A stretch of DNA of 64,000 nucleotides from Escherichia coli (GCF_044324785.1 NZ_CP172127.1); one strand, 5' to 3'; positions 36,742-49,425 are shown, numbered from the stretch's first letter. Notes: generated by a model not told the origin, from the sequence alone. Numbers and translations are program-made.

Positions 36742-39333
36742 ATGCATCAATCTGGTTCTGTTTCTCTTTGTCGTTCCGCAATATCTGTTCTGGTGGCTAC
36801 AGCGTTATATTCACCCATAGCATTGGCATCAACTGTTGAGTATGGTGAGACAGTTGATGGTGTTGTCCTGGAAAAAGATATCCAGCTGGTTTATGGGACC
36901 GCCAATAATACGAAAATCAATCCTGGCGGAGAACAGCATATAAAAGAATTTGGTGTAAGTAGTAATACTGAAATTAACGGAGGGTATCAGTACATTGAAA
37001 TGAATGGCACCGCAGAATACTCAGTATTAAATGACGGTTATCAAATTGTTCAAATGGGTGGCGCGGCAAACCAGACTACCCTCAATAATGGTGTGCTACA
37101 GGTTTATGGCGCAGCGAATGATCCCACGATTAAAGGCGGGCGCTTAATCGTTGAAAAAGATGGGATTACCGTCCTTGCCGCTATCGAAAAGGGAGGATTA
37201 CTGGAGGTTAAAGAGGGGGGATTAGCGATTGCGGTAGATCAGAAAGCAGGCGGTGCGATTAAAGCAAGCACGCGGGTCATGGAGGTATTCGGAACAAACC
37301 GTCTCGGTCAGTTCGAAATCAAGAATGGTATTGCTAACAATATGCTGTTGGAAAACGGCGGAAGTTTGCGAGTTGAAGAAAATGACTTCGCTTATAATAC
37401 CACTGTGGATAGTGGCGGCTTACTGGAGGTTATGGATGGCGGGACTGCAACTGGCGTTGATAAAAAAGCAGGCGGAAAATTAATTGTCTCAACGAATGCG
37501 CTGGAAGTGAGTGGTACAAACAGTAAAGGCCAATTTAGTATAAAAGATGGTGTGTCAAAAAATTATGAACTGGATGATGGTTCCGGGCTCATTGTTATGG
37601 AGGACACGCAGGCCATTGACACTATCCTTGATGAGCATGCCACTATGCAATCGCTGGGAAAGGATACTGGGACGAGAGTGCAGGCAAATGCGGTATATGA
37701 TCTCGGTCGATCAGATCAGAATGGAAGTATCACGTATTCCTCAAAAGCCATCTCTGAAAATATGGTTATCAACAATGGCCGCGCTAACGTCTGGGCTGGC
37801 ACAATGGTTAACGTTTCAGTCAGAGGGAATGATGGCATTCTTGAAGTCATGAAGCCGCAAATAAATTATGCGCCCGCAATGTTGGTGGGTAAGGTAGTGG
37901 TTTCTGAGGGCGCTTCTTTTAGAACGCATGGTGCCGTGGATACCAGCAAAGCGGATGTTTCGCTCGAAAATAGCGCATGGACCATCATTGCCGATATCAC
38001 TACGACGAACCAAAACACCCGCCTCAATATAGCCAACCTTGCGATGTCTGGCGCAAATGTGATTATGATGGCTGAGCCAGTGACTCGTTCATCTGTGACG
38101 GCAAGTGCGGAAAATTTCATTACGTTGACCACTAATACCCTGTCGGGAAACGGCAATTTTTATATGCGTACCGATATGGCCAATCATCAGAGCGATCAGC
38201 TCAACGTGGCCGGACAGGCAACAGGTGATTTCAAAATATTCGTGACGGACACCGGTGCCAGCCCGGCAGCAGGAGATAGCCTTACACTGGTAACAACGGG
38301 CGGCGGTGATGCTGCATTTACGTTGGGCAATGCCGGAGGCGTTGTTGATATCGGTACGTATGAATATACCTTGCTGGATAATGGCAACCATAGCTGGAGT
38401 TTGGCAGAGAATCGCGCGCAAATTACCCCTTCAACCACTGATGTGCTGAATATGGCGGCCGCACAACCGCTGGTATTTGATGCAGAACTGGACACCGTGC
38501 GTGAGCGTCTTGGTAGCGTAAAAGGCGTTAATTACGATACGGCGATGTGGAGTTCGGCAATTAACACCCGCAACAACGTGACCACTGATGCGGGAGCTGG
38601 CTTTGAGCAAACATTGACGGGGCTGACGCTCGGTATCGATAGCCGTTTCTCCCGTGAAGAAAGCAGCACAATTCGCGGCTTGTTCTTTGGTTACTCTCAT
38701 TCTGATATTGGTTTTGATCGCGGCGGCAAAGGCAATATTGATAGCTACACCTTGGGGGCTTATGCCGGTTGGGAGCATCAGAACGGTGCCTATGTTGATG
38801 GGGTGGTGAAAGTTGACCGTTTTGCCAACACCATCCATGGCAAGATGAGTAATGGGGCAACAGCGTTTGGCGATTACAATAGTAACGGCGCGGGTGCTCA
38901 TGTCGAGAGCGGGTTCCGTTGGGTTGACGGATTGTGGAGTGTTAGACCCTATCTCGCCTTTACCGGCTTTACCACAGATGGTCAGGACTACACGTTATCA
39001 AACGGCATGCGCGCGGATGTGGGAAATACCCGGATATTACGCGCTGAAGCGGGAACGGCGGTAAGCTATCACATGGACCTGCAAAACGGTACGACGTTGG
39101 AACCCTGGCTGAAAGCCGCCGTGCGTCAGGAATACGCCGATTCTAACCAGGTGAAAGTTAATGACGATGGCAAATTTAATAATGATGTGGCTGGAACCCG
39201 TGGCGTTTATCAGGCTGGGATAAGGTCATCGTTTACCCCGACGTTAAGCGGTCATTTGTCTGTCAGCTATGGCAATGGCGCAGGGGTAGAATCACCGTGG
39301 AATACTCAGGCGGGTGTGGTCTGGTCGTTCTGA
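36742..39333 (+). CDS. yejO: Putative autotransporter adhesin YejO, 863 aa, apparently intact
   Basis: Signal-like N-terminus, glycine/threonine-rich repetitive passenger domain, and a C-terminal beta-barrel translocator ending in the aromatic residue typical of outer-membrane proteins (...AGVVWSF). Sits between narP and proL as yejO does in E. coli. Confidence 0.8.
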   Translation: MHQSGSVSLCRSAISVLVATALYSPIALASTVEYGETVDGVVLEKDIQLVYGTANNTKINPGGEQHIKEFGVSSNTEINGGYQYIEMNGTAEYSVLNDGYQIVQMGGAANQTTLNNGVLQVYGAANDPTIKGGRLIVEKDGITVLAAIEKGGLLEVKEGGLAIAVDQKAGGAIKASTRVMEVFGTNRLGQFEIKNGIANNMLLENGGSLRVEENDFAYNTTVDSGGLLEVMDGGTATGVDKKAGGKLIVSTNALEVSGTNSKGQFSIKDGVSKNYELDDGSGLIVMEDTQAIDTILDEHATMQSLGKDTGTRVQANAVYDLGRSDQNGSITYSSKAISENMVINNGRANVWAGTMVNVSVRGNDGILEVMKPQINYAPAMLVGKVVVSEGASFRTHGAVDTSKADVSLENSAWTIIADITTTNQNTRLNIANLAMSGANVIMMAEPVTRSSVTASAENFITLTTNTLSGNGNFYMRTDMANHQSDQLNVAGQATGDFKIFVTDTGASPAAGDSLTLVTTGGGDAAFTLGNAGGVVDIGTYEYTLLDNGNHSWSLAENRAQITPSTTDVLNMAAAQPLVFDAELDTVRERLGSVKGVNYDTAMWSSAINTRNNVTTDAGAGFEQTLTGLTLGIDSRFSREESSTIRGLFFGYSHSDIGFDRGGKGNIDSYTLGAYAGWEHQNGAYVDGVVKVDRFANTIHGKMSNGATAFGDYNSNGAGAHVESGFRWVDGLWSVRPYLAFTGFTTDGQDYTLSNGMRADVGNTRILRAEAGTAVSYHMDLQNGTTLEPWLKAAVRQEYADSNQVKVNDDGKFNNDVAGTRGVYQAGIRSSFTPTLSGHLSVSYGNGAGVESPWNTQAGVVWSF

Positions 39334-39400
39334 TAACAGACAATAAACAGGCCGTGATGTGTCGCGGTCTGTTTATCGAATTAAATGCAGATATAAAAAA

Positions 39401-39428
39401 ACCAACCGTAAAGGTTGGTTTTTTTTTG
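39401..39428. terminator. Bidirectional intrinsic terminator between yejO and proL
   Basis: Hairpin AACCAACC-gtaa-AGGTTGGTT flanked by an A-run upstream and a T-run downstream. Confidence 0.7.
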
Positions 39429-39435
39429 GGATTTT

Positions 39436-39512
39436 TGGTCGGCACGAGAGGATTTGAACCTCCGACCCCCGACACCCCATGACGGTGCGCTACCAGGCTG
39501 CGCTACGTGCCG
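39436..39512 (-). tRNA. proL: tRNA-Pro (anticodon GGG)
   Basis: The reverse complement reads CGGCACGTAGCGCAGCCTGGTAGCGCACCGTCATGGGGTGTCGGGGGTCGGAGGTTCAAATCCTCTCGTGCCGACCA: a 77-nt cloverleaf with encoded CCA. Confidence 0.9.
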
Positions 39513-39586
39513 ACTCGTGGCTGCTAATACTACCGTTTTCCACACCGATTGCAAGTAAGATATTTTGCTAACTGATTTATAATTAA

Positions 39587-41347
39587 TCAGTTAGCGATAA
39601 AACGCTTCTCGTCTGTCAGTACTTGCAATAACAAACTTAACTGTGGTTTTTCATCTTTCACTCTTTCACCACGTAAGTTGTAAGTACGGTATTTACCGTT
39701 ATTGTTCAGCACCAGCGTCTTTTTCGGGGTGGTAATTGCCAGCGTATCGTTATCCGCGGCGGTAACCCAGTAATGACGGCGTTGAGGGTTGAACAAATCC
39801 TGACCTTGCGAATATTCGCTGGCAGGTGTGCTGACATGTAGCAGGCGTTGCATCAGCGTCGTCATCAGATCGGTATGATCAGTCAGAGCATTAATACGCT
39901 GCGCCGGCGTGCCTGGCCAGTGAATCACTAATGGTACCTGCAGATGACCGTGAGACCAGTCAAAGGTTTCTTCCTCTTCGCTCAGCGGAATACCCCGACC
40001 GGCAGTGATAATCACCACCGTATTGTCCAGTTTGCCAGAATCACGCAGTGCATTGAGCACGCGGTTGATCTGGTCATCGACATTGCCTGCCGCCCGGCTA
40101 TATTTCCGTGAAAATGCCTGCTGATTGCTGTCGTCAATGTTAGTGCCATTGAAAGAGACCCACGAGAACCAGCGGTTATCTTCTTGTGCGTAGCGGCCCA
40201 GCCAGTTGATCCACTGCGTGGCGGTCTGCTCGTCGGATTGGGTACGTACGCTCGGCATCGAGAAATCTGACAACAATGCCTGGCGATACAGCGGGCTGGT
40301 AAAGCCATCCGACGAGAATAACCCCAGCTGATAGCCTTGCTGATTAAGCGCAGTAATTAACGCCGCAGGCGTACGAGTCGACAGAATGCCGTCCATATAG
40401 CTCGGCGAGATGCCATAGAACAGGCCAAAGATGCCGTTGTCTGTAGTGTTGCCGGAGCTCATATGGCGCGTGAACGAAATATTTTGCTCAGCAAAACCTG
40501 CCAGCGCAGGCATCTGCTTCTCGAAGCGTGAGTAGTTCAGGCCATCGACAGTAATCAACAGCACATTCTGCCCGGTGCCCATATCGCGATAGCGCAGTTC
40601 GCTTAACGGATACTGAACGGAAACGGCGTCTGGATTACCTTGCTCAATGAGACGGCGTTGATATTCCTGCGCATCCAGCAGACCATGCTTCTCAAGAAAA
40701 CGTCGCGCCGTCATCGGATACGAAAGCGGCAGGTTAGCGCGCTGCATGGTGATCGGGCGATAGAAGTTGGCATCGGCCCAGATATACACCACATGCGAGG
40801 CGATAAAGGCGATAAATAAGAATGCGGCCAGCGGGCGCGCGAAGCGTCGACGACGCGTCAGGCTTCGCAGCTTTTGCCAGCTCCACGTCGCAAACACCAG
40901 TTCAAGCAATAAAATAACCGGCACGCTGATGAACATCAGCTGCCAGTCGCGCGCCATCTCATTTTCGTCTGGGTTGATAATCAGCTGCCAGACGATGGGA
41001 TTAAGATGGAGATGGAAACGAGTAAAGACTTCGCTATCGATCAGTAATAGCGTCATTCCCGCCGTTGCCAGAATGACGGACAAAAACCTCATCAGCCTCT
41101 GGGAGCCGACGATAAAGGTCAGCGGGAAGAGGATCAGCAAGTAGGTGGCGAACACCAGGAAGCTGAAATGGCCGATAATGCTTACGTAGGAATAAATGCG
41201 ACCAGCAAGCGTTGTCGGCCAGTCGGCGATAAACAGGTAACGGCTGCCAATGACGAGCGAAAGCAGAATATTGAACAGTGCAAACCAGTGCCCCCAACTG
41301 ACCATCTGGGAGACTTTTTCACGGTAGCGCTGACGATGAGTTACCAT
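39587..41347 (-). CDS. yejM: Inner membrane protein YejM (PbgA/LapC; sulfatase-like periplasmic domain), 586 aa
   Basis: Five N-terminal TM helices plus a periplasmic alkaline-phosphatase-superfamily domain; correct size and synteny. Confidence 0.9.
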   Translation of the reverse strand: MVTHRQRYREKVSQMVSWGHWFALFNILLSLVIGSRYLFIADWPTTLAGRIYSYVSIIGHFSFLVFATYLLILFPLTFIVGSQRLMRFLSVILATAGMTLLLIDSEVFTRFHLHLNPIVWQLIINPDENEMARDWQLMFISVPVILLLELVFATWSWQKLRSLTRRRRFARPLAAFLFIAFIASHVVYIWADANFYRPITMQRANLPLSYPMTARRFLEKHGLLDAQEYQRRLIEQGNPDAVSVQYPLSELRYRDMGTGQNVLLITVDGLNYSRFEKQMPALAGFAEQNISFTRHMSSGNTTDNGIFGLFYGISPSYMDGILSTRTPAALITALNQQGYQLGLFSSDGFTSPLYRQALLSDFSMPSVRTQSDEQTATQWINWLGRYAQEDNRWFSWVSFNGTNIDDSNQQAFSRKYSRAAGNVDDQINRVLNALRDSGKLDNTVVIITAGRGIPLSEEEETFDWSHGHLQVPLVIHWPGTPAQRINALTDHTDLMTTLMQRLLHVSTPASEYSQGQDLFNPQRRHYWVTAADNDTLAITTPKKTLVLNNNGKYRTYNLRGERVKDEKPQLSLLLQVLTDEKRFIAN

Positions 41348-41366
41348 AACCTGTTATCTGTTTCCC

Positions 41367-41594
41367 TTAGTGCGCTTTGTCTTCGTTGATAGAGGACTGT
41401 AAGGCGCGGGCAAAAGAGTTGGCAATTGCCTGGCGTTGGGCCGGGGCAATGCTGGTGTTGATAAGGTTAGTGACCATGTTGCCTAACACCATCAGGGAAA
41501 GGTCGGTCGGAGCCTTATGTTTTTCCAGTACGTTGAGCAGCTCTGCGAGCAATTGTTCAACCTGTTCATCACTGTAGCGGGAAATTTGTGGCAT
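41367..41594 (-). CDS. yejL: UPF0352 protein YejL, 75 aa
   Basis: [32 protein letters not shown]...; conserved small protein upstream of yejM. Confidence 0.88.
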
Positions 41595-41775
41595 AAATCG
41601 AAATCAGTTAGTTGATGAAAGGGCAACATATTACCGTAGCAACGGTTTTTTTTCTGCTTTTTTATGCGTTAAATCATTCTCGTTACGCCGCCTTCTGTAA
41701 AATGACCGCCATCTTTTATTGCGTCGCTTAACCGGCGGTGGTTGAATACCGCCCGGTCTTAAAGGAGAGTTTATC

Positions 41776-42783
41776 ATGAGTCTGGATATCAACCAGATTG
41801 CTCTGCACCAGCTTATCAAGCGTGATGAGCAGAACCTTGAGCTGGTGTTGCGCGATTCATTGCTGGAACCGACGGAAACCGTCGTTGAGATGGTGGCAGA
41901 ACTGCATCGGGTCTATAGCGCCAAAAATAAAGCTTACGGCTTGTTTAGCGAAGAGAGTGAACTGGCGCAGACGCTGCGCTTACAGCGTCAGGGCGAAGAG
42001 GACTTTCTGGCATTTAGCCGCGCGGCAACCGGTCGCCTGCGTGACGAATTAGCGAAATATCCTTTTGCTGACGGTGGATTCGCGCTGTTTTGCCACTATC
42101 GCTATCTGGCGGTGGAGTATTTGCTGGTGGCAGTTCTGAGCAATCTGAGCAGTATGCGCGTTAACGAAAATCTCGACATCAACCCAACTCATTATCTTGA
42201 TATCAATCATGCGGATATTGTTGCGCGTATCGATTTAACCGAATGGGAAACCAATCCAGAGTCGACCCGCTATCTCACTTTCCTGAAAGGGCGAGTGGGG
42301 CGCAAAGTGGCTGATTTCTTTATGGATTTCCTCGGTGCCAGCGAAGGGTTGAACGCGAAAGCGCAAAACCGTGGGCTGTTACAAGCGGTCGATGATTTCA
42401 CTGCCGAAGCACAACTGGATAAAGCAGAGCGACAGAACGTGCGCCAGCAGGTTTATAGCTACTGTAATGAGCAGCTGCAGGCAGGTGAAGAGATTGAACT
42501 GGAATCGCTGTCGAAAGAGCTGGCAGGCGTCAGCGAAGTGAGCTTCACGGAGTTTGCGGCTGAAAAAGGCTACGAACTGGAAGAGAGCTTCCCGGCAGAC
42601 CGTAGCACACTGCGTCAGTTGACGAAGTTTGCCGGTAGCGGCGGTGGCTTGACTATTAATTTTGATGCGATGCTGTTGGGCGAACGGATTTTCTGGGATC
42701 CGGCGACCGATACCCTGACTATTAAAGGCACGCCGCCGAATTTGCGCGACCAATTGCAGCGCCGGACGTCTGGCGGCAATTAA
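41776..42783 (+). CDS. yejK: Nucleoid-associated protein YejK (NdpA), 335 aa
   Basis: [30 protein letters not shown]... recognised YejK sequence. Confidence 0.9.
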   Translation: MSLDINQIALHQLIKRDEQNLELVLRDSLLEPTETVVEMVAELHRVYSAKNKAYGLFSEESELAQTLRLQRQGEEDFLAFSRAATGRLRDELAKYPFADGGFALFCHYRYLAVEYLLVAVLSNLSSMRVNENLDINPTHYLDINHADIVARIDLTEWETNPESTRYLTFLKGRVGRKVADFFMDFLGASEGLNAKAQNRGLLQAVDDFTAEAQLDKAERQNVRQQVYSYCNEQLQAGEEIELESLSKELAGVSEVSFTEFAAEKGYELEESFPADRSTLRQLTKFAGSGGGLTINFDAMLLGERIFWDPATDTLTIKGTPPNLRDQLQRRTSGGN

Positions 42784-42801
42784 TCGGTTTTGTGTTCTGA
42801 A

Positions 42802-42836
42802 TGCCAGATGCGGCGTGAACGCCTTATCTGGCCTGC
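42802..42836. repeat. REP element downstream of yejK
   Basis: gccagatgcggcgtgaacgccttatctggcctgc is REP-like. Confidence 0.6.
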
Positions 42837-42876
42837 GAAAAATAGCAATACCGTAATCAGGCATAATTTGCAGAGA

Positions 42877-42906
42877 CAAAAAACCCCGCCGGAGCGGGGT
42901 TTTTTA
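42877..42906. terminator. Bidirectional intrinsic terminator between convergent yejK and rplY
   Basis: aaaaaaCCCCGCcggaGCGGGGtttttt. Confidence 0.8.
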
Positions 42907-42921
42907 CAACTTATTCAGCAA

Positions 42922-43314
<393 letters not shown>

Positions 43315-43330
43315 TCAATCAAAACTACCA

Positions 43331-45091
43331 TTAACCTCGTAATTCGTGCGCCCGACGAAAACGACCTTCGTAATCGAACACTTTTTCACGCACTTGCCAG
43401 TACTGACCTTTCATGCGGGCGACGACAAAATCCGGGTGTCGCAGTAAGGCTTGCTGGGCGAGGATATCGGCGGCGGTGATCCAGCGCAGAGGGATGCCCG
43501 GTGTGCGCGTATGCGGGCGGATAAAAAGCTGCTCGAAGGCGGTACGCTGGGCGGGCGTTTGCAGACGGAAACGCTCACTCACATCCGCGCCGTCTTCATC
43601 GTAATAGGTGATTTTCAACCATTCGCCTTTCTCGTCGTGCCCATGCTGCAAAGACATGCCGCTACAGCGTAATACCAGCGCGTCTTTCAGTCGTAGCGCC
43701 GCTTTTAACATATCATCCGGATCAACCAGTACGGTGTCACATTCGCGGCAGCGGCGGGCGGCAATATCATTTTCTGCGTTACATTGCGGGCAATTTTTAA
43801 AACGGAAACGGAAGTCACACTGTTCGCGATGACCGTCGTCATCTTCAAACCATCCCTGACAGCGGCGACCAAAGTGTTCAATCAATGTCCCGTCGGCGGT
43901 CGTTTTCCCCCAAAAGGTGTTGGCAAAACCGCAGGCAGGGCAGAAAACCTGTACCGGAACGTTGTCACTTTTGCCTTTCGGTGTACCAACTTCCGGCGCG
44001 TAGAGATCGTGAGGATTACCCGCATAATCAAGAATTAAGCAATCAGTCTTGCCAGGAGCGAGACGCAGACCGCGCCCGACAATTTGTTGGTAAAGACTCA
44101 CCGATTCGGTAGGGCGCAGAATAGCAATAAGATCGACGTGTGGGGCGTCAAATCCGGTGGTCAGTACCGCGACGTTGACCAGATAGCGAAAACGCTGGGC
44201 TTTAAAATCTTCAATTAACACATCGCGCTCAGCGCCGGGTGTGTCGCCAGTAATCAGTGCTGCATCTTCGGCAGGCAGCAGTCCCACTATCTCCTTGGCG
44301 TGTTCAACGGTGGCGGCGAAAATCATCACTCCTTTGCGCGTTGCGGCAAACTCCATGATCTGGCTGATGATGTGCGGGGTAATGCGTTGCTGTTTTTTCA
44401 GCTCGCGGTTGAGATCGGCTTCGCTGAAAAGCCCGTTACTCTGTGCCTGCAAGCGGCTGAAATCGTATTGCACTACCGGCATATCCAGCCGTTCTGGCGG
44501 CGTCAGATAGCCGTGTTTAATCATATAACGCAGCGGCAGCTCATAAATGCAGTCACGGAAAAGGGCTTTCTCATCCCCGCGTAACATGCCGTGATAATGG
44601 AACTGATAAATCCAGCCTTTGCCCAGTCGAAAAGGCGTGGCAGTCAGCCCCAGCAGGCGTAAGTGGGGATTCACTTTGGTCAGGTGAGTGAGGATTTGCT
44701 GATACTGGCTCTCTTCATCGTCACCAATACGGTGACATTCATCGACAATCAACAGCGAAAATTCTCCCTGAAAGGCATCAAGATTACGGGCGACCGACTG
44801 CACGCTGCCAAATACCACTTTACCGTGGCTCTCTTTGCGCTTTAGCCCGGCGGCAAAAATATCGGCTTCCAGCCCCAGCGCCTGATATTTTGCATGGTTT
44901 TGCGCCACCAGTTCTTTAACGTGTGCCAGCACCAGCACGCGACCACGAGCCAGCCGTGCCAGTTCCGCTATCACCAGGCTTTTACCTGCACCGGTGGGCA
45001 GCACGATAACGGCAGGGGTTTTATGACGACGAAAATGGTTGAGCGTGGCATCCACGGCTTCTTGCTGATATGGGCGGAGTGTAAAAATCAT
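43331..45091 (-). CDS. radD: Superfamily-2 DNA repair helicase RadD (YejH), 586 aa
   Basis: Walker A (LPTGAGKS), DECH box ([10 protein letters not shown]) and a C-terminal zinc-ribbon cysteine cluster. Confidence 0.9.
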   Translation of the reverse strand: MIFTLRPYQQEAVDATLNHFRRHKTPAVIVLPTGAGKSLVIAELARLARGRVLVLAHVKELVAQNHAKYQALGLEADIFAAGLKRKESHGKVVFGSVQSVARNLDAFQGEFSLLIVDECHRIGDDEESQYQQILTHLTKVNPHLRLLGLTATPFRLGKGWIYQFHYHGMLRGDEKALFRDCIYELPLRYMIKHGYLTPPERLDMPVVQYDFSRLQAQSNGLFSEADLNRELKKQQRITPHIISQIMEFAATRKGVMIFAATVEHAKEIVGLLPAEDAALITGDTPGAERDVLIEDFKAQRFRYLVNVAVLTTGFDAPHVDLIAILRPTESVSLYQQIVGRGLRLAPGKTDCLILDYAGNPHDLYAPEVGTPKGKSDNVPVQVFCPACGFANTFWGKTTADGTLIEHFGRRCQGWFEDDDGHREQCDFRFRFKNCPQCNAENDIAARRCRECDTVLVDPDDMLKAALRLKDALVLRCSGMSLQHGHDEKGEWLKITYYDEDGADVSERFRLQTPAQRTAFEQLFIRPHTRTPGIPLRWITAADILAQQALLRHPDFVVARMKGQYWQVREKVFDYEGRFRRAHELRG

Positions 45092-45240
45092 GGTCTCGCG
45101 TAGGTAGATTATTCTGCTAATAGTATGCCACGGATCTTTTTCCCTTGAGGGATGTTATTAGACCGCTATACTGGGCAGACAACAGTTCAGATTTTCGGGT
45201 CATTACCCGACCTCCGTTTTTTACAGGCAAAATCACACAC

Positions 45241-45936
45241 ATGCGACTTGATAAATTTATCGCACAGCAACTCGGCGTTAGCCGTGCTATTGCCGGGCGT
45301 GAAATCCGCGGCAATCGTGTCACCGTCGATGGCGAAATCGTCCGTAATGCAGCGTTCAAACTGCTCCCTGAACATGATGTCGCTTACGATGGCAACCCGC
45401 TGGCGCAGCAACACGGTCCACGTTACTTCATGCTCAATAAGCCTCAGGGCTATGTTTGCTCCACGGACGACCCGGATCACCCAACGGTGCTCTATTTTCT
45501 GGATGAACCGGTAGCGTGGAAACTGCACGCCGCAGGGCGTCTGGATATCGATACCACCGGTCTGGTGCTGATGACAGATGATGGTCAGTGGTCGCACCGC
45601 ATTACTTCTCCGCGCCATCATTGCGAGAAGACCTATCTGGTGACGCTGGAAACACCCGTAGCTGACGATACGGCAGAGCAATTTGCTAAAGGCGTGCAGC
45701 TGCATAACGAAAAAGATCTCACTAAGCCGGCGGTACTGGAAGTGATTACCCCAACGCAGGTTCGTCTGACCATCAGCGAAGGGCGTTATCATCAGGTGAA
45801 ACGCATGTTCGCCGCCGTGGGTAACCACGTGGTTGAGCTGCATCGTGAACGTATTGGCGGCATTACGCTGGATGCTGATTTAGCCCCCGGTGAATATCGT
45901 CCGTTAACTGAAGAAGAAATTGCCAGCGTCGTCTAA
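45241..45936 (+). CDS. rsuA: 16S rRNA pseudouridine-516 synthase RsuA, 231 aa
   Basis: [32 protein letters not shown]... S4 domain plus pseudouridine synthase core. Start set at MRLDKF. Confidence 0.9.
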   Translation: MRLDKFIAQQLGVSRAIAGREIRGNRVTVDGEIVRNAAFKLLPEHDVAYDGNPLAQQHGPRYFMLNKPQGYVCSTDDPDHPTVLYFLDEPVAWKLHAAGRLDIDTTGLVLMTDDGQWSHRITSPRHHCEKTYLVTLETPVADDTAEQFAKGVQLHNEKDLTKPAVLEVITPTQVRLTISEGRYHQVKRMFAAVGNHVVELHRERIGGITLDADLAPGEYRPLTEEEIASVV

Positions 45937-45963
45937 CTTTTTAATGACTTTCAGGAGCCCGTT

Positions 45964-47154
45964 GTGACCACCCGACAGCATTCGTCGTTTGCTATTGTTT
46001 TTATCCTTGGCCTGCTGGCCATGTTGATGCCGCTGTCGATTGATATGTATCTGCCTGCGCTACCGGTAATTTCAGCGCAATTTGGTGTACCGGCGGGCAG
46101 TACGCAGATGACCCTGAGTACTTATATTCTGGGCTTTGCGTTGGGGCAGTTAATCTACGGGCCGATGGCAGACAGTTTCGGGCGTAAGCCGGTGGTTCTT
46201 GGCGGTACGCTGGTGTTTGCCGCCGCCGCGGTGGCGTGTGCGTTGGCAAACACCATCGATCAGCTGATTGTGATGCGTTTCTTCCACGGACTGGCGGCTG
46301 CTGCGGCCAGCGTGGTTATCAACGCTTTGATGCGTGATATCTACCCGAAAGAAGAGTTCTCGCGGATGATGTCGTTTGTCATGCTGGTGACGACCATTGC
46401 ACCGCTGATGGCACCGATAGTTGGCGGTTGGGTGCTGGTGTGGCTGAGCTGGCATTACATCTTCTGGATCCTCGCCGTGGCGGCGATTCTGGCTTCGGCA
46501 ATGATCTTCTTTCTGATCAAAGAAACCTTACCACCGGAGCGTCGCCAGCCTTTTCACATTCGTACCACTATTGGTAACTTTGCGGCGCTGTTCCGTCATA
46601 AGCGTGTCCTGAGTTATATGCTGGCCAGCGGTTTCAGCTTTGCCGGGATGTTCTCGTTCCTGAGCGCCGGACCGTTTGTCTATATTGAAATTAACCACGT
46701 CGCGCCGGAAAACTTTGGTTATTACTTTGCGCTAAACATTGTTTTCCTGTTCGTAATGACCATCTTTAACAGCCGCTTCGTCCGCCGAATTGGCGCGTTA
46801 AATATGTTCCGCTCGGGGTTGTGGATACAGTTTATTATGGCGGCGTGGATGGTCATCAGTGCGCTGCTGGGGCTGGGATTCTGGTCTCTGGTGGTTGGCG
46901 TTGCGGCGTTTGTGGGCTGCGTGTCGATGGTGTCATCCAATGCGATGGCGGTCATTCTTGATGAGTTTCCCCATATGGCGGGAACGGCATCTTCGCTGGC
47001 AGGAACCTTCCGTTTCGGCATAGGGGCAATTGTTGGCGCATTACTTTCTCTTGCGACCTTTAACTCTGCATGGCCGATGATTTGGTCAATTGCATTCTGC
47101 GCAACCAGCTCCATTCTCTTCTGTCTGTACGCCAGTCGGCCGAAAAAACGGTGA
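45964..47154 (+). CDS. bcr: MFS multidrug efflux transporter Bcr (bicyclomycin resistance), 396 aa
   Basis: 12-TM MFS transporter immediately downstream of rsuA. Confidence 0.9.
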   Translation: MTTRQHSSFAIVFILGLLAMLMPLSIDMYLPALPVISAQFGVPAGSTQMTLSTYILGFALGQLIYGPMADSFGRKPVVLGGTLVFAAAAVACALANTIDQLIVMRFFHGLAAAAASVVINALMRDIYPKEEFSRMMSFVMLVTTIAPLMAPIVGGWVLVWLSWHYIFWILAVAAILASAMIFFLIKETLPPERRQPFHIRTTIGNFAALFRHKRVLSYMLASGFSFAGMFSFLSAGPFVYIEINHVAPENFGYYFALNIVFLFVMTIFNSRFVRRIGALNMFRSGLWIQFIMAAWMVISALLGLGFWSLVVGVAAFVGCVSMVSSNAMAVILDEFPHMAGTASSLAGTFRFGIGAIVGALLSLATFNSAWPMIWSIAFCATSSILFCLYASRPKKR

Positions 47155-47486
47155 TCTATTGCACAACGAGGAAGCTAAAAGGCTTCCTTTGTTGATGCAT
47201 GTCAACCACAAATCCATCATTCCCCCGATATATGTTTATTTTATGTAAAATCAATTTGTGTAAAAAGTCACATCATTGTAGTTAAAAAGGTTGAGTTAGA
47301 TCGCAGAAACGGGTACATATAGCCCCGCAAACGTGACCACGCCCGCAGATATTATTTAAATCAGAGCCATAGAGGCCACGCTGGCGAGGCATCAATCTTT
47401 ACGATCTGTATAAAGACGGATTGTTGATGATGCGTTAAAATTGATGTAAACAAATTGTGAAGTAAATGTGCTTCCGGGGAAAATAA

Positions 47487-47831
47487 GTGACTTCATTACA
47501 ACTCTCAATCGTCCATCGACTGCCGCAGAACTATCGCTGGTCTGCTGGTTTCGCAGGTTCGAAGGTTGAACCGATTCCGCAAAATGGACCGTGCGGTGAC
47601 AACAGCCTGGTGGCGCTTAAATTGCTTAGCCCGGATGGTGATAATGCATGGTCGGTGATGTACAAACTAAGCCAGGCGTTAAGCGACATCGAAGTTCCAT
47701 GTTCGGTGCTGGAGTGTGAAGGTGAGCCGTGCCTGTTTGTAAATCGCCAGGACGAGTTTGCTGCAACATGCCGATTGAAAAATTTTGGTGTGGCAATTGC
47801 CGAACCCTTTTCAAACTACAATCCTTTTTAA
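47487..47831 (+). CDS. yejG: Uncharacterised protein YejG, 114 aa
   Basis: 114-aa ORF at the conserved position between bcr and the yejABEF operon. Confidence 0.8.
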
Positions 47832-47834
47832 GCG

Positions 47835-49424
47835 TCAGCTCAACGCCAGTAGCTGACGCGTATACTCCTGCTGCGGTGCGGCAAACACGCGCGCGCACGG
47901 TCCTTGTTCCACTACTTCCCCTTGTCGCAGTACGATAACCTGATGACATAACGCGCGGACAACGTGCAAATCGTGACTGATAAACAAATAGGCCAATTGA
48001 TGCTTTTGTTGCAATGATTTCAATAGCGTCAATATTTGCGCCTGTACCGTTTTGTCGAGCGATGATGTTGGTTCATCAAGAATGATCAGCGAGGGCTTAA
48101 GAATTAACGCCCTGGCAATCGCAATACGTTGCCGCTGACCACCAGAGAACTCCGCCGGATAACGGTGGCGTGTTTCAGGATCTAATCCCACTTCATGCAT
48201 CACGGCTATCACTTGTTGTTCGCGTTGTGCGGCAGAAAGCGTCGGCTGGTGAACCCGTAAGCCTTCCTCAATAATCTGCAAAACGTTGAGTCGTGGGTTG
48301 AGCGAGGAGTTTGGATCCTGAAATACCACCTGAATGCGATGACGAATAGGTAACAGCTGGCGGCGATTTAAATCTTGCAGTGGCTGACCGTCAAAGATAA
48401 TACTGCCCTGAGAGGTAATCAGTCGCAGCAGCGCCAGTCCCGTCGTGCTTTTTCCGGAACCGGACTCGCCCACTAAACCCAGTGTTTCACCCGCCCGTAG
48501 CGTAAAACTGATGTTTTTCACCACCACATTATGATCCACAATGCGCTTCAAAATCCCTTTGCGAATGGGGAAGGCAACCTGCAGCTGTTCAACATCCAGC
48601 AACGTTGAGGCAGGTTCTGGCAATGGCACCGGGTCGCCTGACGGTTCACTGTTGAGTAGCTTTTGTGTGTAAGGATGAGTGGGTGAGGCAAATAGCGTAG
48701 CAGCGTTATTTTGCTCGACACAGCGACCGTTTTGCATTACCGCCACGCGGTGGGCCAGTTTTCTGACAATGCTGAGGTTATGAGTAATAAACAGCATGCC
48801 CATATTCAGCTCGCCTTGCAGTTCGCGCAACAGCTGTAAAATCTGCGCCTGGACAGAGACGTCCAGCGCGGTGGTTGGTTCATCGGCAATTAATAATTCC
48901 GGTCGCGTTAACAGCGCCATCGCAATCATCACCCGCTGGCGTTCGCCGCCGGAGAGCTGATGCGGATAATCTGTCAGCCGTTTTGCCGCCTGGCGGATAC
49001 CGACGCGATCAAGGCAGTTAAGAATTTCGCCACGAGCAGCTTCCCGACGCATCCCGCGGTGGAGTGAAAGCACTTCATAAAGCTGTTTTTCCAGGGTATG
49101 CAATGGATTTAATGACACCATCGGCTCCTGAAAAATCATGGCGATCTTATTACCGCGTACACCGCGCAACGTTTGATCGCTGGCATGAAGCAGCGATTCG
49201 CCATGAAAACGAATATCGCCGGAGAGATATTCAACCGGCGGGGAAGGGAGCAGGCGTAAAATTGACAGCGCGGTAACGCTCTTACCTGAACCAGACTCAC
49301 CCACCAGCGCCAGCGTTTCGCCAGCCTCAATCTGTAGTGAAACATCATTGACTACTGTGCGTACGGTTTGCTGATGGCGAAAACCCACCGACAAATTTTC
49401 AATCGCTAACAGAGTTTGCGTCAT
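47835..49424 (-). CDS. yejF: ABC transporter ATPase YejF (duplicated NBD), 529 aa
   Basis: Two Walker A motifs (GESGSGKS twice) and two signature motifs ([16 protein letters not shown]). Start set at [11 protein letters not shown]. Confidence 0.9.
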   Translation of the reverse strand: MTQTLLAIENLSVGFRHQQTVRTVVNDVSLQIEAGETLALVGESGSGKSVTALSILRLLPSPPVEYLSGDIRFHGESLLHASDQTLRGVRGNKIAMIFQEPMVSLNPLHTLEKQLYEVLSLHRGMRREAARGEILNCLDRVGIRQAAKRLTDYPHQLSGGERQRVMIAMALLTRPELLIADEPTTALDVSVQAQILQLLRELQGELNMGMLFITHNLSIVRKLAHRVAVMQNGRCVEQNNAATLFASPTHPYTQKLLNSEPSGDPVPLPEPASTLLDVEQLQVAFPIRKGILKRIVDHNVVVKNISFTLRAGETLGLVGESGSGKSTTGLALLRLITSQGSIIFDGQPLQDLNRRQLLPIRHRIQVVFQDPNSSLNPRLNVLQIIEEGLRVHQPTLSAAQREQQVIAVMHEVGLDPETRHRYPAEFSGGQRQRIAIARALILKPSLIILDEPTSSLDKTVQAQILTLLKSLQQKHQLAYLFISHDLHVVRALCHQVIVLRQGEVVEQGPCARVFAAPQQEYTRQLLALS

Positions 49425-49425
49425 G

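Noticed and set aside
39334-39600. Possible genomic island integrated at tRNA-Pro (proL)
   Set aside because: No integrase, no direct repeat of the tRNA 3' end and no foreign-looking gene block are visible. The neighbours yejO and yejM are the usual chromosomal neighbours of proL.
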